DNA of 53,204 bases, counting the filler, from Porpidia crustulata (lineage: Eukaryota): NCBI GenBank assembly GCA_964255105.1. It is 4 parts of 4 records of this genome, joined end to end, with 100 filler letters (N's around TTAATTAATTAA, not from the genome) between each part and the next. Parts side by side here need not be neighbours in the genome. Positions count along the whole stretch, not along the records: positions 26,742 to 39,939 come from CAXUWE010000451.1; positions 40,040 to 53,204 come from CAXUWE010000452.1; 2 more parts are not named here. The stretch is one strand, 5' to 3'. Both the position numbers and the translations under genes were made by a program. The notes under the pieces are model-generated. The model was not told the origin of the DNA, did no database searches, and worked only from the letters and a program-made list of their open reading frames with translations. Positions 36,239 through 47,194 of this stretch are shown in pieces. Position 1 is the stretch's first letter. The number at the start of each line of letters is the position of its first letter.

Positions 36239-37895
36239 ATGGAGCACTCCATACCCGGCGGGATAGCCCAAGAATCTCGAGTCCTAGTTGTTGTGACTGG
36301 AGGAACCATATGCATGAAGAGAAGCGCCAATGGATTCGTTCCCGCTCGGGGCTTCCTAGCATCTGGCATGGCTCCGAGACCTTCGTTCAATGACGGGTCT
36401 AACCCCGGTGAGATCAATGTCATGCTGGACGACCAAACTGAGAGGGCTTTCCGCAGCCTGCGCACACCGATCAGCACCTACCAGAAACACGTCCGCTATG
36501 CTGTCCTCGAGTTCGACGAACTTCTCGACAGCAGTTCCATTGACGCGAAAGGATGGGTCCAAATTGCTCAGACCATCCATCGGAATTACAAATTGTTTGA
36601 TGGTTTCGTGATTCTGCATGGCACAGACAGTCTCGCATACACCTGCTCTGCATTAAGTTTTATGCTACAGAACCTAGGCAAACCTGTCATCTTCACGGGT
36701 TCCCAAGCACCAATGCTGGAACTCCAGAACGATGCCACCGATAACCTTCTCGGGTCGCTCATTACCGCGGGCCACTTCATGATCCCTGAGGTATGTCTCT
36801 TTTTCAATTACAAATTATTCCGTGGCAACAGAGCTACGAAAGTTTCCGCCAGCGATTTTGCTGCCTTTGCGTCACCAAACCTTCCGCCGCTGGCTACCAT
36901 TACTTCTCTTAAAACTCACGTATCGTGGGACTTGGTCTATAGACCGACCCACATTGAGCCGTTTAGTGTTCAGATCAACAAAGCGACTGGTAACGTCGCA
37001 TGTCTTCGCATCTTCCCAGGTATCAAGCCCGAAATGGTCGATGCGGTGCTCAAGGTTCACGGCTTACAAGGCCTTGTCTTGGAGACCTTTGGGCCCGGTA
37101 ATGCACCTGGAGGTCAAGATGGCGCTCTGACACGAGTTTTGGCCCAAGCGATTGGAAGAGGAATAGTTATCGTCAACGTCACTCAATGTTGGTCGTGCAA
37201 TATGGCATCTATTGTGATTGTACTGATACATAGACCTAGGTACGACCGGCACAGTTAGTCCACTCTATGAGCCTGCAGTACTATTGGAACGTGCGGGAGT
37301 GGTCTTTGGCCATGACATGACCTCCGAGGCCGCTTTGACCAAATTATCGTACCTTCTTGGACGTACGGAATTGAGCACTCAAGATGTTTCGGATCAACTG
37401 TCCATATCTTTACATGGAGAGCTCACTGGATCCACGCAGATGAAGTTTGAACATCCGAATGGCCATTTGCCACAGCATCTATCGGACCTCACAGCTTTAA
37501 GTTATGTGATTGCGAAAGGGAACCTCGCGGAACTGCAGGGCTTACTGAAGGCTGACGACGAATGGTTATTAAATCAGGCGGATTACTCTGGCAATACCCC
37601 ATTGGTGAGTTCCAAAATACCTACCAGGGCTTTGCTTGGCTCACAACGCATTCAGCACATTGCTGCCACAGGACCTTCCCTCGAGATTCTCCGAAGCTTG
37701 CTATCGAGAGGAGCATCGGTCCATCTACGTAACAGCGCCGGGCGAACTCCATTGTTTCTCGCCACGAATGCCGGCCTAATTGACCATGTGATGTTACTGC
37801 GGGACTCAGGAGCGCATCTGCACGCGGATGAGATCAACACCGCGAGGCTGCACGCTCGACACGAGCCGTCTATTTGGCATGCCGCAGGTGTCTAA
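36239..37895 (+). CDS. Type I L-asparaginase with C-terminal ankyrin repeats (ASPG/60-kDa lysophospholipase-like)
   Basis: Exons 36239-37187, 37240-37604 and 37656-37895. Motifs TGGTI, LDSSSI, HGTDS, TGSQ and RGNRATK; ankyrin motifs GNTPLHIAA and GRTPLFLA. Confidence 0.9.
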
Positions 37896-39239
37896 GACGG
37901 TATTGGCGTGTCTTGATAAAAGACTTTGCTATTTTTATGACCTGAATTCCTCCAAGCTTGACCGTCGGCCATGGATATTGGTTCATACACACGCACATGA
38001 TCGTCAACCGAGACAAGCCGTGAAACATGTACGGGAAGACATACATTAGGCCTGCATAACTGACCTTGCCTGATTGACACATGTCGGCATTGGCGAGGAT
38101 CGTCAGTGGGGGTTCTTGAATCCCACTTTCAATCACTCCAGGCTCCAGAATCTTCGAGAGATGAAAAAGGAACCCAATCGCGGATGATCATCAACGCTAT
38201 CTATATATATCTTATCTAATCCGATCTGGCTCGAGATTCATTTGCGATATAAGCTCAACTACCTGCGGGACCGTCTTGGGTACAATCAGAAACATATTTA
38301 AGGAAATGAACTCATCCACATGACCTCGACTGCATACATGTATGATCGCGTGTTATCTAGTAATTGACGGAAGGTCTAATTTTTCCCGTCGTACATTGAT
38401 AATCTCGCCTGCCGGTGACGCGATTCTTCCGTGGTATGACGATGAAGGAAGCCTCACTGATTTTGGTAAATCTTGGCCGGGTTGAACGAGGGGATGGCTT
38501 TTCGGGGTAAGAGACCCCTCATTCAGTGTGCTGTGATTGGGGGCTGACTGAAAGGCAGCTCAACGGAGTCGAAAGTGTGTCATTAGCGCTGCTTCCACTA
38601 AAAATTCCAGGTCATCCCCTCCACCAATTACGTAACGCAACGGGCATGGGCGTAACCTCACAATATCAATTTAAGAAGTCCTCTCCTTGCCATACTATCG
38701 TCATTACTACATCTCATTTGGTACCGAGATGGCTTCGGTGCCTTTACTCATTGAATCTCTTCAAGACTCCGCGGATTTACTTACAATCATCGAAGAAACA
38801 GCGTCGGCTGCGCACCCGAGCAGACTGGCAGCTAAGCTTGAAATGACCAATCTCGTCCACAATTTATGCTGCCATGTTTCCATCGAGTAATTCGTTCTTT
38901 CAAGCATGCGTGCGCCTTTCCTCCACTCGTTTAGTGCTCGTGCTTGTGTCTTCTGGCTATCATCTCTTCTTGCTCAACTGCATGACATGGCCGAAGCCGT
39001 AAGAACAGAGACTATCTACTACCGTCAGAGTCCTAGTGAACCTTATCCCCGGATTTTCCAAGATCTGACATTTCATTATTAAATCTCTGTTGACTATGAT
39101 GACCAGATTTTCTTACTGAGCAAATTTCCCTGCCAGTACATACCAGTATTTCTGTATCCATCATTTCCAGATCTTGAAAGTTCGATACAGCTCAATACAT
39201 TAGATCCAGCCTTTGGCCTACTTGTCATTTTCCGTTCAC

Positions 39240-39933
39240 ATGCCAAGCAGAACGCTCGTTCTCGTCAATTCCACTGGTCGCCAGGCAGCTTCCGTGGCCC
39301 GCGTTGCGGCTGCGGTGGGATATTGTGTACGCGCGCATGTGCACTCAAGAGAGGGATATAGCGGGATCATTGCGCGTGAATTGGAGGATCTGGAAAACGT
39401 CACGGTTATTCAAGGCTCCCTAGAGGACAAGAAATTCGTCGAGGTCCTCTTCGTTGGAGCGAAGCAAGCCTTTATCAACACACTCTCGTGGGGTGATGAA
39501 GTCGCCATCGGCAAGTCCTTGGCTAATGCCGCCAAGAGGGCAAACGTCCAACATTACATCTACAGTAGCATGCCCGACCACAGCGTCTACGGCAAAGGCT
39601 GGCCATCTTTACCCTTGTGGAGTGTGAAATTCACAGTAGAGAATTATATCCGACAGGTCCGACATCAGCATTTGACAAGCAATAAAAGCCAATACTTATC
39701 CTCCGATAGATCGGTCTCCCTGCCACCTTTGTCTACACCGGTATCTACAATAATAACTTCACCAGCCTGCCGTACCCACTATTCTGCATGAAACTGCAAA
39801 AAGACGGCAGCTTCGAGTGGAAAGCTCCCTTCCACCCAGATACCCCGCAGCCCTGGCTTGATGCCGAACACGACGTCGGCCCCGCCATCTTGCAAATCTT
39901 CAAGGACGGCCTCCGCAAATGGGCCGGCCACCG
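39240..39933 (+). CDS. nmrA: Nitrogen metabolite repression regulator NmrA/Nmr1, truncated at the contig end
   Basis: Exon 39240-39656, intron 39657-39709, exon 39710-39933, then a GTAATC donor just before the linker. Motifs VNSTGRQAASVARVAAAVGY, HYIYSSMPDH, GIYNNNFTSLPYPLF and PWLDAEHDVGP. Confidence 0.92.
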
Positions 39934-39939
39934 GTAATC

Positions 39940-40039
39940 NNNNNNNNNNNNNNNNNNNNNNNNNNNNNNNNNNNNNNNNNNNNTTAATTAATTAANNNNN
40001 NNNNNNNNNNNNNNNNNNNNNNNNNNNNNNNNNNNNNNN
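39940..40039. other. Artificial contig linker N44-TTAATTAATTAA-N44
   Basis: Identical 100-nt six-frame-stop spacer. Confidence 0.98.
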
Positions 40040-40392
40040 TAATTAAATCTTTCAATTTCCACCCACGACCTATCTATGAAGAAGAAAACGGACGCACATT
40101 CAGTGAATGCCACGAGGACGTGATCAGCCAGTTGAGTTTCATGATGAATCTATTAGATCGGATTCGTAATGGTGGCTTCATGTAAATTAGCAAAAGTTCA
40201 GTTCGATGTTTTGGTGAGGATGAAGGTGCCTCGATAGAACGGACTTCACTGGCTTTTGTCATTCCCTGATGGTTGGAGATATCTCTGTCGGGCTGACTCC
40301 ATTGACTTTTACTATCGCCTGGTGTTTTAAGAAATCATATTAGCAAGAACGACGATCCTGATGATGGTTTCCGTTTGATGATTTAGATCTGG

Positions 40393-40458
40393 TTTTGGAT
40401 TTTGGATTTTGGATTTTGGATTTTGGATTTTGGATTTTGGATTTTGGGTTTGGGTTTG
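40393..40458 (+). repeat. Heptanucleotide tandem repeat (TTTTGGA)7 decaying into TTTGGG units
   Basis: Seven perfect TTTTGGA units at 40393-40441, followed by TTTTGGGTTTGGGTTTG. Confidence 0.95.
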
Positions 40459-40630
40459 TCACGATGGTCTTTGGTGCATTGCTTGTCATTCAAGAGAACT
40501 CGCATGAGAGGGTTACCGCGCGATTAAAGGTTCGAGGTGGATACTTCCTCAGGCCGTCCACCTTGGATAGTTGAAAAAGGGTTGGACGGTCGTGCGTGAT
40601 TCTGTTGGAATATGAGGTATGGGAATTGAC

Positions 40631-40777
40631 GTTGATGTGGTTGTAGTTAGGAAGCTATCTGGGGGGTAGAAAGGAAAGGACACCTATGGAAAATATTGGC
40701 GTTGATGTCGTTCTTGTACCTAGCTAAGAAGCTATCTAGGGGATAGAAAGGAAAGGCTGCCTATGGAAATATCTGCC
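40631..40777 (+). repeat. Imperfect tandem duplication, 2 x ~70-77 bp
   Basis: GTTGATGT...GAAGCTATCT.GGG..TAGAAAGGAAAGG...CCTATGGAAA occurs at 40631-40700 and again at 40701-40777. Confidence 0.85.
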
Positions 40778-40898
40778 ACCGCCCTTAGCCCCATATGGCG
40801 GAGAAATTTGACTCCCATAATTCCAAAAGAAGCTTGATGAGAGTACCGGTCTTGATTCCAAAACATTTGATCCTGAATAAATCTCCCAAAGACTAACA

Positions 40899-43366
40899 TT
40901 ATCTCGGCTCAAACGCTGCTTGCAACACCCCCATCGTAAACGTGAATGCCACTATCATATAAGCCGCAACTCTGAACCCGCCTTGTAAATCCTTGTCGAC
41001 CATAGACCATGTCGCTCCAAATGCGATACTCGACAAGAAACCCGCGAGCCCCAGACACCACAGTTTCGTCCAGTGCAGGCCCTCGACGAAATGGATGCCC
41101 CATCCCAGCCCCGTCCCTCGACTCGGACAGACGAGCAAGCGCCCACGGATCTTTTTGGGTATCTTCTGGAGGCAAATACCGCTGGCTTCCGCATCCTCCG
41201 GGTGCTCGTAGACATGCATGAGGTGGTTCTCGCCAACTGGGGGGATGACCTCGGCCGGAATAGGCCGATAGCGATACTCGTCCTTTTTCGTCTCGGGAGG
41301 GATATCGTTGGTCTTGCGGATATCAACGAGCTCGCTTTTGTACATTTCGAATTGCACAAAATTGATGGCATTGAGTGTTGTCAGGGAGAATATCAAGCTC
41401 CATCGGCCTCGTATCTCGTGATAATGGGCTTTGAGCTTCCGGAAAAAGATCCGGTCTGATTGCAGGGCGCAAACGTCCATGTGGATGAGTCTCGTGGCAT
41501 GCTTGCGGTGGGGGATGCAAAGGAGGAGGAACAGGTCTTCGGGATGACGAGGCTCGGACGCTGAAGTATTCGGGATTGGTTGGTCTTGCTTCTGGTGTAA
41601 ACGCAGTGAGGGGGATGATTGTTGCGTCGAGTTCCAGGGAAGCCATGTCGAATTTAGAATGCTGCTGATCGTGCTGCTCCTGCTGTTGCATGCCCCTGAA
41701 GTACCGTCAGAGCCGGTACTGTTTTGCTCTAGTACACTATAATTCCGATTCAGTCTCTGTTCTATTTCCCTAGCGGCACCAGGTCGTAATTCTTGAAAGT
41801 CGTCAATAATTTGACGGCCACAGCGCTAATTGAATCGTGTTAGCTCTGTTTATGTAATAAACAGAGTTCGAAAATCTGCTGAGACAGGTGATAAAGTAAG
41901 ACTCACGCATGTCCACTGTATCCGCTTTTTGCCCTTCTCCAGGGGTGGCTCCAGTATGCACAATAGACCTGTGATTACCCGCTGTACCCACGGGTAGTAG
42001 CGTTGCACGGGGCTCCCAAGAACAGCATCCCTTTCTGTGGCTCTTGCAGGGTTTCCAGGCTCTGGAAGTAAGCTACTAGTTATGGTAGGTCTGGACAGCG
42101 AGAAAAGGGTCTGTAGGTATTCGTAGGCGGGATCGTCGTTGCTAATAGGCGTATGAGAACTCGAATCAACATCTACGTTTCTTTTGGGTGATTTTGGTCT
42201 GGATAGTGAGTAAAGCTCTTCGTAGGCGGGAGGTTCGTTGCTGATAGGTGTATTAGAAATCGAATCAATTGATATGTTTCTTATGGGTTTTTTGGGTCTG
42301 CGAAATGAAAAACGCTTCTGTAAGTATTTGTAAAGGGGATGTTCATTGCTAAGAGGCGTATGAAAACTCGAATCAATCTCTACATTCCTTTTGGTTTCTT
42401 TCAAAGCTGAGTCTTGATCTTCAGACCAAGGTGCTCCGTAAGCTATATTTCTGAAGTCTGTTGACTCGTCTTGGGGAAGGTTTGTTGATAGTCTGCTCGG
42501 AGTGCCGGAAGATTCGAACAACGATGGATAACGATTGTCGTGTGTTGAATTATTCATATTGGTGTTCGTCTGTTTGAAAAGAACGGGCGGGACATAACCC
42601 TCACAGGAGAATTTGGATATTATGCAATTGTTACAAGATGGTGGCTCTTCACCACATTTGATCCGACGTCGTCGACAAGCTGCTATAGGTCAGCCACCAA
42701 ATACTACACAGTTGTACAGGTCCGGCGCCTACGTAAGCATCCGGTTTTGGTTCTTCCTCGTGGAGCGAGCTTTGAATTGATCGTAGTATCTAATGTGAAC
42801 ATTTTCTCATGCTGGACTGGCATTTGCCCAGGGATCCCTTCGTTCTCCACGGTATCTATTTCATTTGACTTTCCTTGGATGTCAAGCTGATGTCGTCCTG
42901 CTTGGTTTATGTAATAGAGCGGTTTTGCGGCCAAATGCCCAAATCTCTCATGCTCTGCCTCAGTTGCTTGATGCAGTGAGCCGCTATGGAACGGAATGCT
43001 TGATTGCGGCACTTTCTCAATAGTCGGAGCTTGAACTGAGGCTCCATCATCTGATATGTGAAGACGGCCCGTGCCACCTTCGACAGAGGTCTTCTGGATC
43101 CCAGAGAATTGATTGTTGTAGCTTGATTTGGTTGTGTGTGTCACTTGGTCCGGACTGGTGATATCACGATACTGAGGTAAGCTCGCTGGTGTTGCGGGCG
43201 CTGGTTTGATGCTGACCTTCGAATCTGGTCGACACCGACTACACAGAACCTCTGGTTCTTGCAGTACCATCGGACGGTGATATAAATCACCGTCATCGGT
43301 ATAGCAAAAGAGAGAATGACACCTTGGACACCTCCGACCTTTGTAGATCGAAAACCGACGAGACAT
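40899..43366 (-). CDS. Multidomain protein: CxxC..CxxC, Zn(II)2Cys6 cluster, 3 internal repeats, uncharacterised fungal domain with two C-terminal TM helices
   Basis: Splicing joins three track ORFs in frame: exons 43366-42733, 42679-41907 and 41825-40899; introns GTAGGC..GCTGAC..CAG (53 nt) and GTGAGT..GCTAAC..TAG (81 nt). The spliced cluster reads RTKTGCLPCRRRRIKCGEEPPSCNNCIISKFSCEGY. The C-terminal domain has EPPLEKGKKRIQWTCRCG..DDFQELRPGA and GWGIHFVEG, then two hydrophobic helices. Confidence 0.78.
42085..42389 (-). repeat. Three in-frame coding tandem repeats (108 and 99 nt spacing)
   Basis: Units RNVEIDSSFHTPLSNEHPLY.., RNISIDSISNTPISNEPPAY.. and RNVDVDSSSHTPISNDDPAY.. start at 42389, 42281 and 42182. 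Confidence 0.85.
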
Positions 43367-43585
43367 GTTCAACTTAATTCTTTACTTTTTTTTGAGCAAA
43401 ATGACAACTATAGCAGTTCAAATCAGAGTCGATATGGAGAGCGGACCTGCGTTTGAACGCTTCAAGAAGAAAAAATTGCGAGGTTTGTGATCAAGGGGGT
43501 CTTAGCCTCAATGCAGCTCTGTGCATGCCTGGAGTCAACATTACTCATACACACCCCTAGTTCGGTCACCGTACTGTGGATTAAG

Positions 43586-43658
43586 GTCACGTGATCGTTT
43601 CGAAGTCAGAATGACCGAACTAGGGGTGTGTATGAGTAGCGAGCCTATACTCGCGAAA
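43586..43658. promoter_or_regulatory. Candidate Cbf1-type E-box (GTCACGTGA, 43586-43594) and SCB/MCB-like CGCGAAA (43652-43658) upstream of CDC8
   Basis: Exact motif matches 220-300 bp upstream of a gene typically regulated at G1/S. The motifs are short and could occur by chance. Confidence 0.3.
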
Positions 43659-43881
43659 AGGCTGCGTATTTCAGAAAGACACATGAAGGACATTTGGAAT
43701 CAGCCTCATACAAACAGGAATAATAGCTGTCCGATGTATATAAAATACACTGTGCGTCGAAGATGGAGGGACACATAAGATTATCTGGCGCTAGTGCGAT
43801 ACTAATCCGCTAGCGCAGAACGCCCACCCCCGGAACAATTACGCAGCTTCTAAACTGCCAGCAATATCTGTTTAGAGAAAG

Positions 43882-44651
43882 ATGTTTTCTCGCAGGCGAG
43901 GGGCTTTGATCGTCATCGAAGGCCTCGATCGAGCTGGCAAATCCACACAATGCGAGCGCCTATGCCGTATCCTCGAAGATCAAGGCCGCAAAGTTAAGCG
44001 CATGAGATTTCCTGGTGAGCGCAACCAGAACCTTCAATTCACTTATGAAGCTGACAGGCAACGCTAGATCGCTCAACAGCAATCGGCAAATCAATCGACG
44101 CCTATCTCAAAGGCGAAGCGCAGCAGGAAGATCATGTGATCCACTTACTCTTCTCCGCCAACCGATGGGAGGCTGCGGTGCAGATACGGGCAGATATCAC
44201 GGAAGGGATCACGATTGTCGTTGATCGGTATTACTATTCTGGGATTGTATACTCGGCGGCGAAGAACAGGCAGGATCTTACGTTGGAGTGGGCCAGGGAG
44301 CCTGAGGTGGGACTTCCGAGACCGGATATTTGCTTGTTTTTGGATATCACGCATGAGGCTGCCGTTGGCAGAGGAGGATTTGGAACTGAGAAGTACGAGA
44401 CTAGTTCAATGCAGAAGAGAGTGAGGGAGCTGTTCTACGAGCTTGTGCGGCTGCCTGACGGAGAGGATATTCGGACTGTCAACGCCAGTAAATCGATGGA
44501 CGAAGTCACGAAAGAGATACTGGAGTTTGTGGAAGTAATCCTTGATGAGAAGGCGCTGCTGCAACCTTTGCGGAGCATTGAAAACCCAGACCCAGATTCC
44601 ATTACGATGAGACAAGCCCCAGCCAAAATGCCCAAGGATACTCACACATAA
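43882..44651 (+). CDS. CDC8: Thymidylate kinase (dTMP kinase)
   Basis: Exons 43882-44014 and 44068-44651. P-loop [35 protein letters not shown] and GLPRPD. Confidence 0.95.
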
Positions 44652-44664
44652 GTAAATGTTGCGG

Positions 44665-46100
44665 TCAGTCAAGGACTTCGGCATTGCTCCAGTCACTGTC
44701 CTCGATGACAACCTCTAATTTCCGAACTGGCAGCTTCGGCGCGAGCGGATTCATAGAGTTCAAATGCTCGGAATCTACACTGGTGTCTGACATCACCTCA
44801 CCTTCGTCATCAACTTGGTGATACCAATCTGCTGGCAGCGGATCCTCAGACTCGTACCTAGGGCGTGCGGAGGTATCTTCTAGGCTACATTCCTCGTAGT
44901 CGAATTCACCAAGGCCCTCCAAATCATTACTTTGGAGTGATACGGTTTCTTTCGCGGCCTTCGTCTTACGCACGGTCGGCCTCTTCATCAAACGGGCCAC
45001 TTCTGTCTCTCCACGCATTCTCAAGCTCATTTCTTTGACGACATCGATCCATTGAAGCGTTGCTTCACAATGAGGACAGCTTCCGGAGATTGGAACCACA
45101 TCGTCTGGCACTCCCTCCTCGTCAATGAACCGTTTCGAAAGACAAGTCATGTGCGTCACTGCCCGACATTCCGCTTTTGCACAGATCAACACCATTTTGT
45201 CCGAAAACTTGATTTTCGTGGTGCAGACAGCACACGCATGTGTCACACCCGCAGCGAGAAGGAGTAAGCTTTTCTCCAAGTGTGATCTGAGCCCACTGTA
45301 GCCGACATCAACGTCCTCAACTCCCCCCTTGCCTCGAGTCTCTCTCTTCCGCTGGTCGGTTGCCTGGTTTTCTACAGGAGTCTTACCTTGGTCCGGCAAG
45401 AGTTCTGGTGGCTTCCCATCTAATGTGATTTTAATGCCGTCCCTGATCTTACCGTCAACTCTCTCACTCCAACGCTGCCATACCTGATGGACGTCTTCAC
45501 AAAGGAAGCGCACTTCAAGGGGCCATCTAGCGAAACTTGGGACTCGAAGTAACAGGTGCAAATTTGCAAGCTTGTCAGCAACCGACGAGCGAGGACGTGC
45601 CGGCCGTCTGCGAATCTTGCCCGATTTGGAAGAGACGCGTGATGTGGTCTCTCGGACAGTGATTCGTTGACCTTCGGCAATCTTTTTGGTTAGGTGCGTA
45701 TTCTGCCACGCCCACCTGTATCACTATCAGATTCTACAATGGCAAATTCTAGTACTAAGATGGCAAGGCCTTCTAGATAGATATGATGCAATCAGAATGG
45801 GATGTAAAATACCTACTCAAATTGCAACGCTGCAACATTCGATGGAAACCCAGTGACTATACAGGCCATCTCCTTCTTACATTTCAGACCAAGTATTCTC
45901 CACGAAAGCATCAAAGGCTACTTTACCCACGGACGGAGATTGTTCCGCGCTGTTCTCACCGCACCTCCTTTGGAAAGACCATTGTGCTGCGCTAGTCTAC
46001 GCTTTGGATTGGGGGTGGAACCCACGTAGATGGAAGAGCGGCGGATTGTGGATCGCAGGAGGTAGCAACAGTAGAAAGCTGGAATCGGTTTTGTCGTCAT
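44665..46100 (-). CDS. SLX1: Structure-specific endonuclease subunit Slx1 (GIY-YIG + C-terminal zinc-binding domain)
   Basis: Exons 46100-45927, 45872-45817 and 45715-44665. Motifs [27 protein letters not shown] and [18 protein letters not shown]-terminal CAVC..C..C..HMTCL..CPHC. Confidence 0.95.
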
Positions 46101-46207
46101 GACGAACGTAAGGAATTACAGAAGAAAGCTCCTAGCAAGCCAGATTGCGAAAAGGTCAACTGCCTTATCTGGATGATAGTATTAATATGTACTTTAAACT
46201 ATCTTCG

Positions 46208-46213
46208 ACGCGT
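46208..46213. promoter_or_regulatory. Candidate MCB element (ACGCGT) upstream of SLX1
   Basis: Perfect MluI cell-cycle box ~110 bp upstream of the SLX1 ATG. It is a single hexamer, so the evidence is weak. Confidence 0.25.
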
Positions 46214-47194
46214 GATCGGTGGATGAGGCTGATGGCCACCTGGGTCGAATGTTATTTATTCAGGCTAGAGGCGGGCCGGTCGCTTTACAAGCTTCCCCCC
46301 ACTGTGAAAGGGACTTTGACTAAGTACGCTAAGGTAAGGAATCCTAAAAACCCTTAGTGTAGTACCTTAGCAGTCGCTGCGGTGTCAAGTACCTTACATC
46401 TTGACCGCACAGCAGAAAGCTATCCCACCAACTAGGTGTGAGATTAGATGATATGTCCTGGCTGTCAATTATGCTGAGCGTTTTCTTCGTGTTTGTCGTA
46501 TTCAATAGGAAGATGTGAAATAGAATTATATACAACTATCATGAACAGTACTGATGAGATGCTACCCCTCGGCAATCGGGCCTGATATCAGCGATCCCTG
46601 TCTTCAACCATCTAATGAGAAATTGGGCGGTCGAAGTGGTACGGGGCGGAATAACTTACCCTACCCAAAACGCAAATACGCAATGAAGGAAACGTAGCTT
46701 GGAGCTTGCAGTCCCTTAGCACTTAGCATCCTCGCGTTCTAGTGTCTGACCACCCATCCTGATATCGCCCATTTCGCCTTTGTCGTACTTTCCCGCATTC
46801 CCGTAGATTCATTCTTTTACTGCTTTACTTCCATACCTACTCTACCATCTCTCCTCCCCTCATGATCAATACGCTATCGAATGCTGCTCCTACCAATGCG
46901 CAGTCTCATAGCCTTGCGATACCCTTATTAAGGAAGGAGACCCTCGGCTACGTTCATTCATTCGCCCACCAACATGCAAGCCACAGTGGTTGTCCCAAAG
47001 TAGCGGGTTACTCTCTCAATCCCGGCCTGATTTGGTCCCATTGCGATTAGATACTTGGCCCGGCATAATATTGCTGTAGAACTGCAACAACAGCCAATTC
47101 CATTATTCGACTGTGGACCGTATGAATACCACGAATCTGTCGAAATTGTACGACGATTTTGCGTCTCCCAGCTTGCCCTTCTGCCCTGCTCAGC

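Noticed and set aside
38197..39017. HGATAR cluster upstream of nmrA as AreA sites
   Set aside because: About six hexamers in ~1.3 kb is close to chance (roughly four expected at uniform composition), so it is not reported as a feature.
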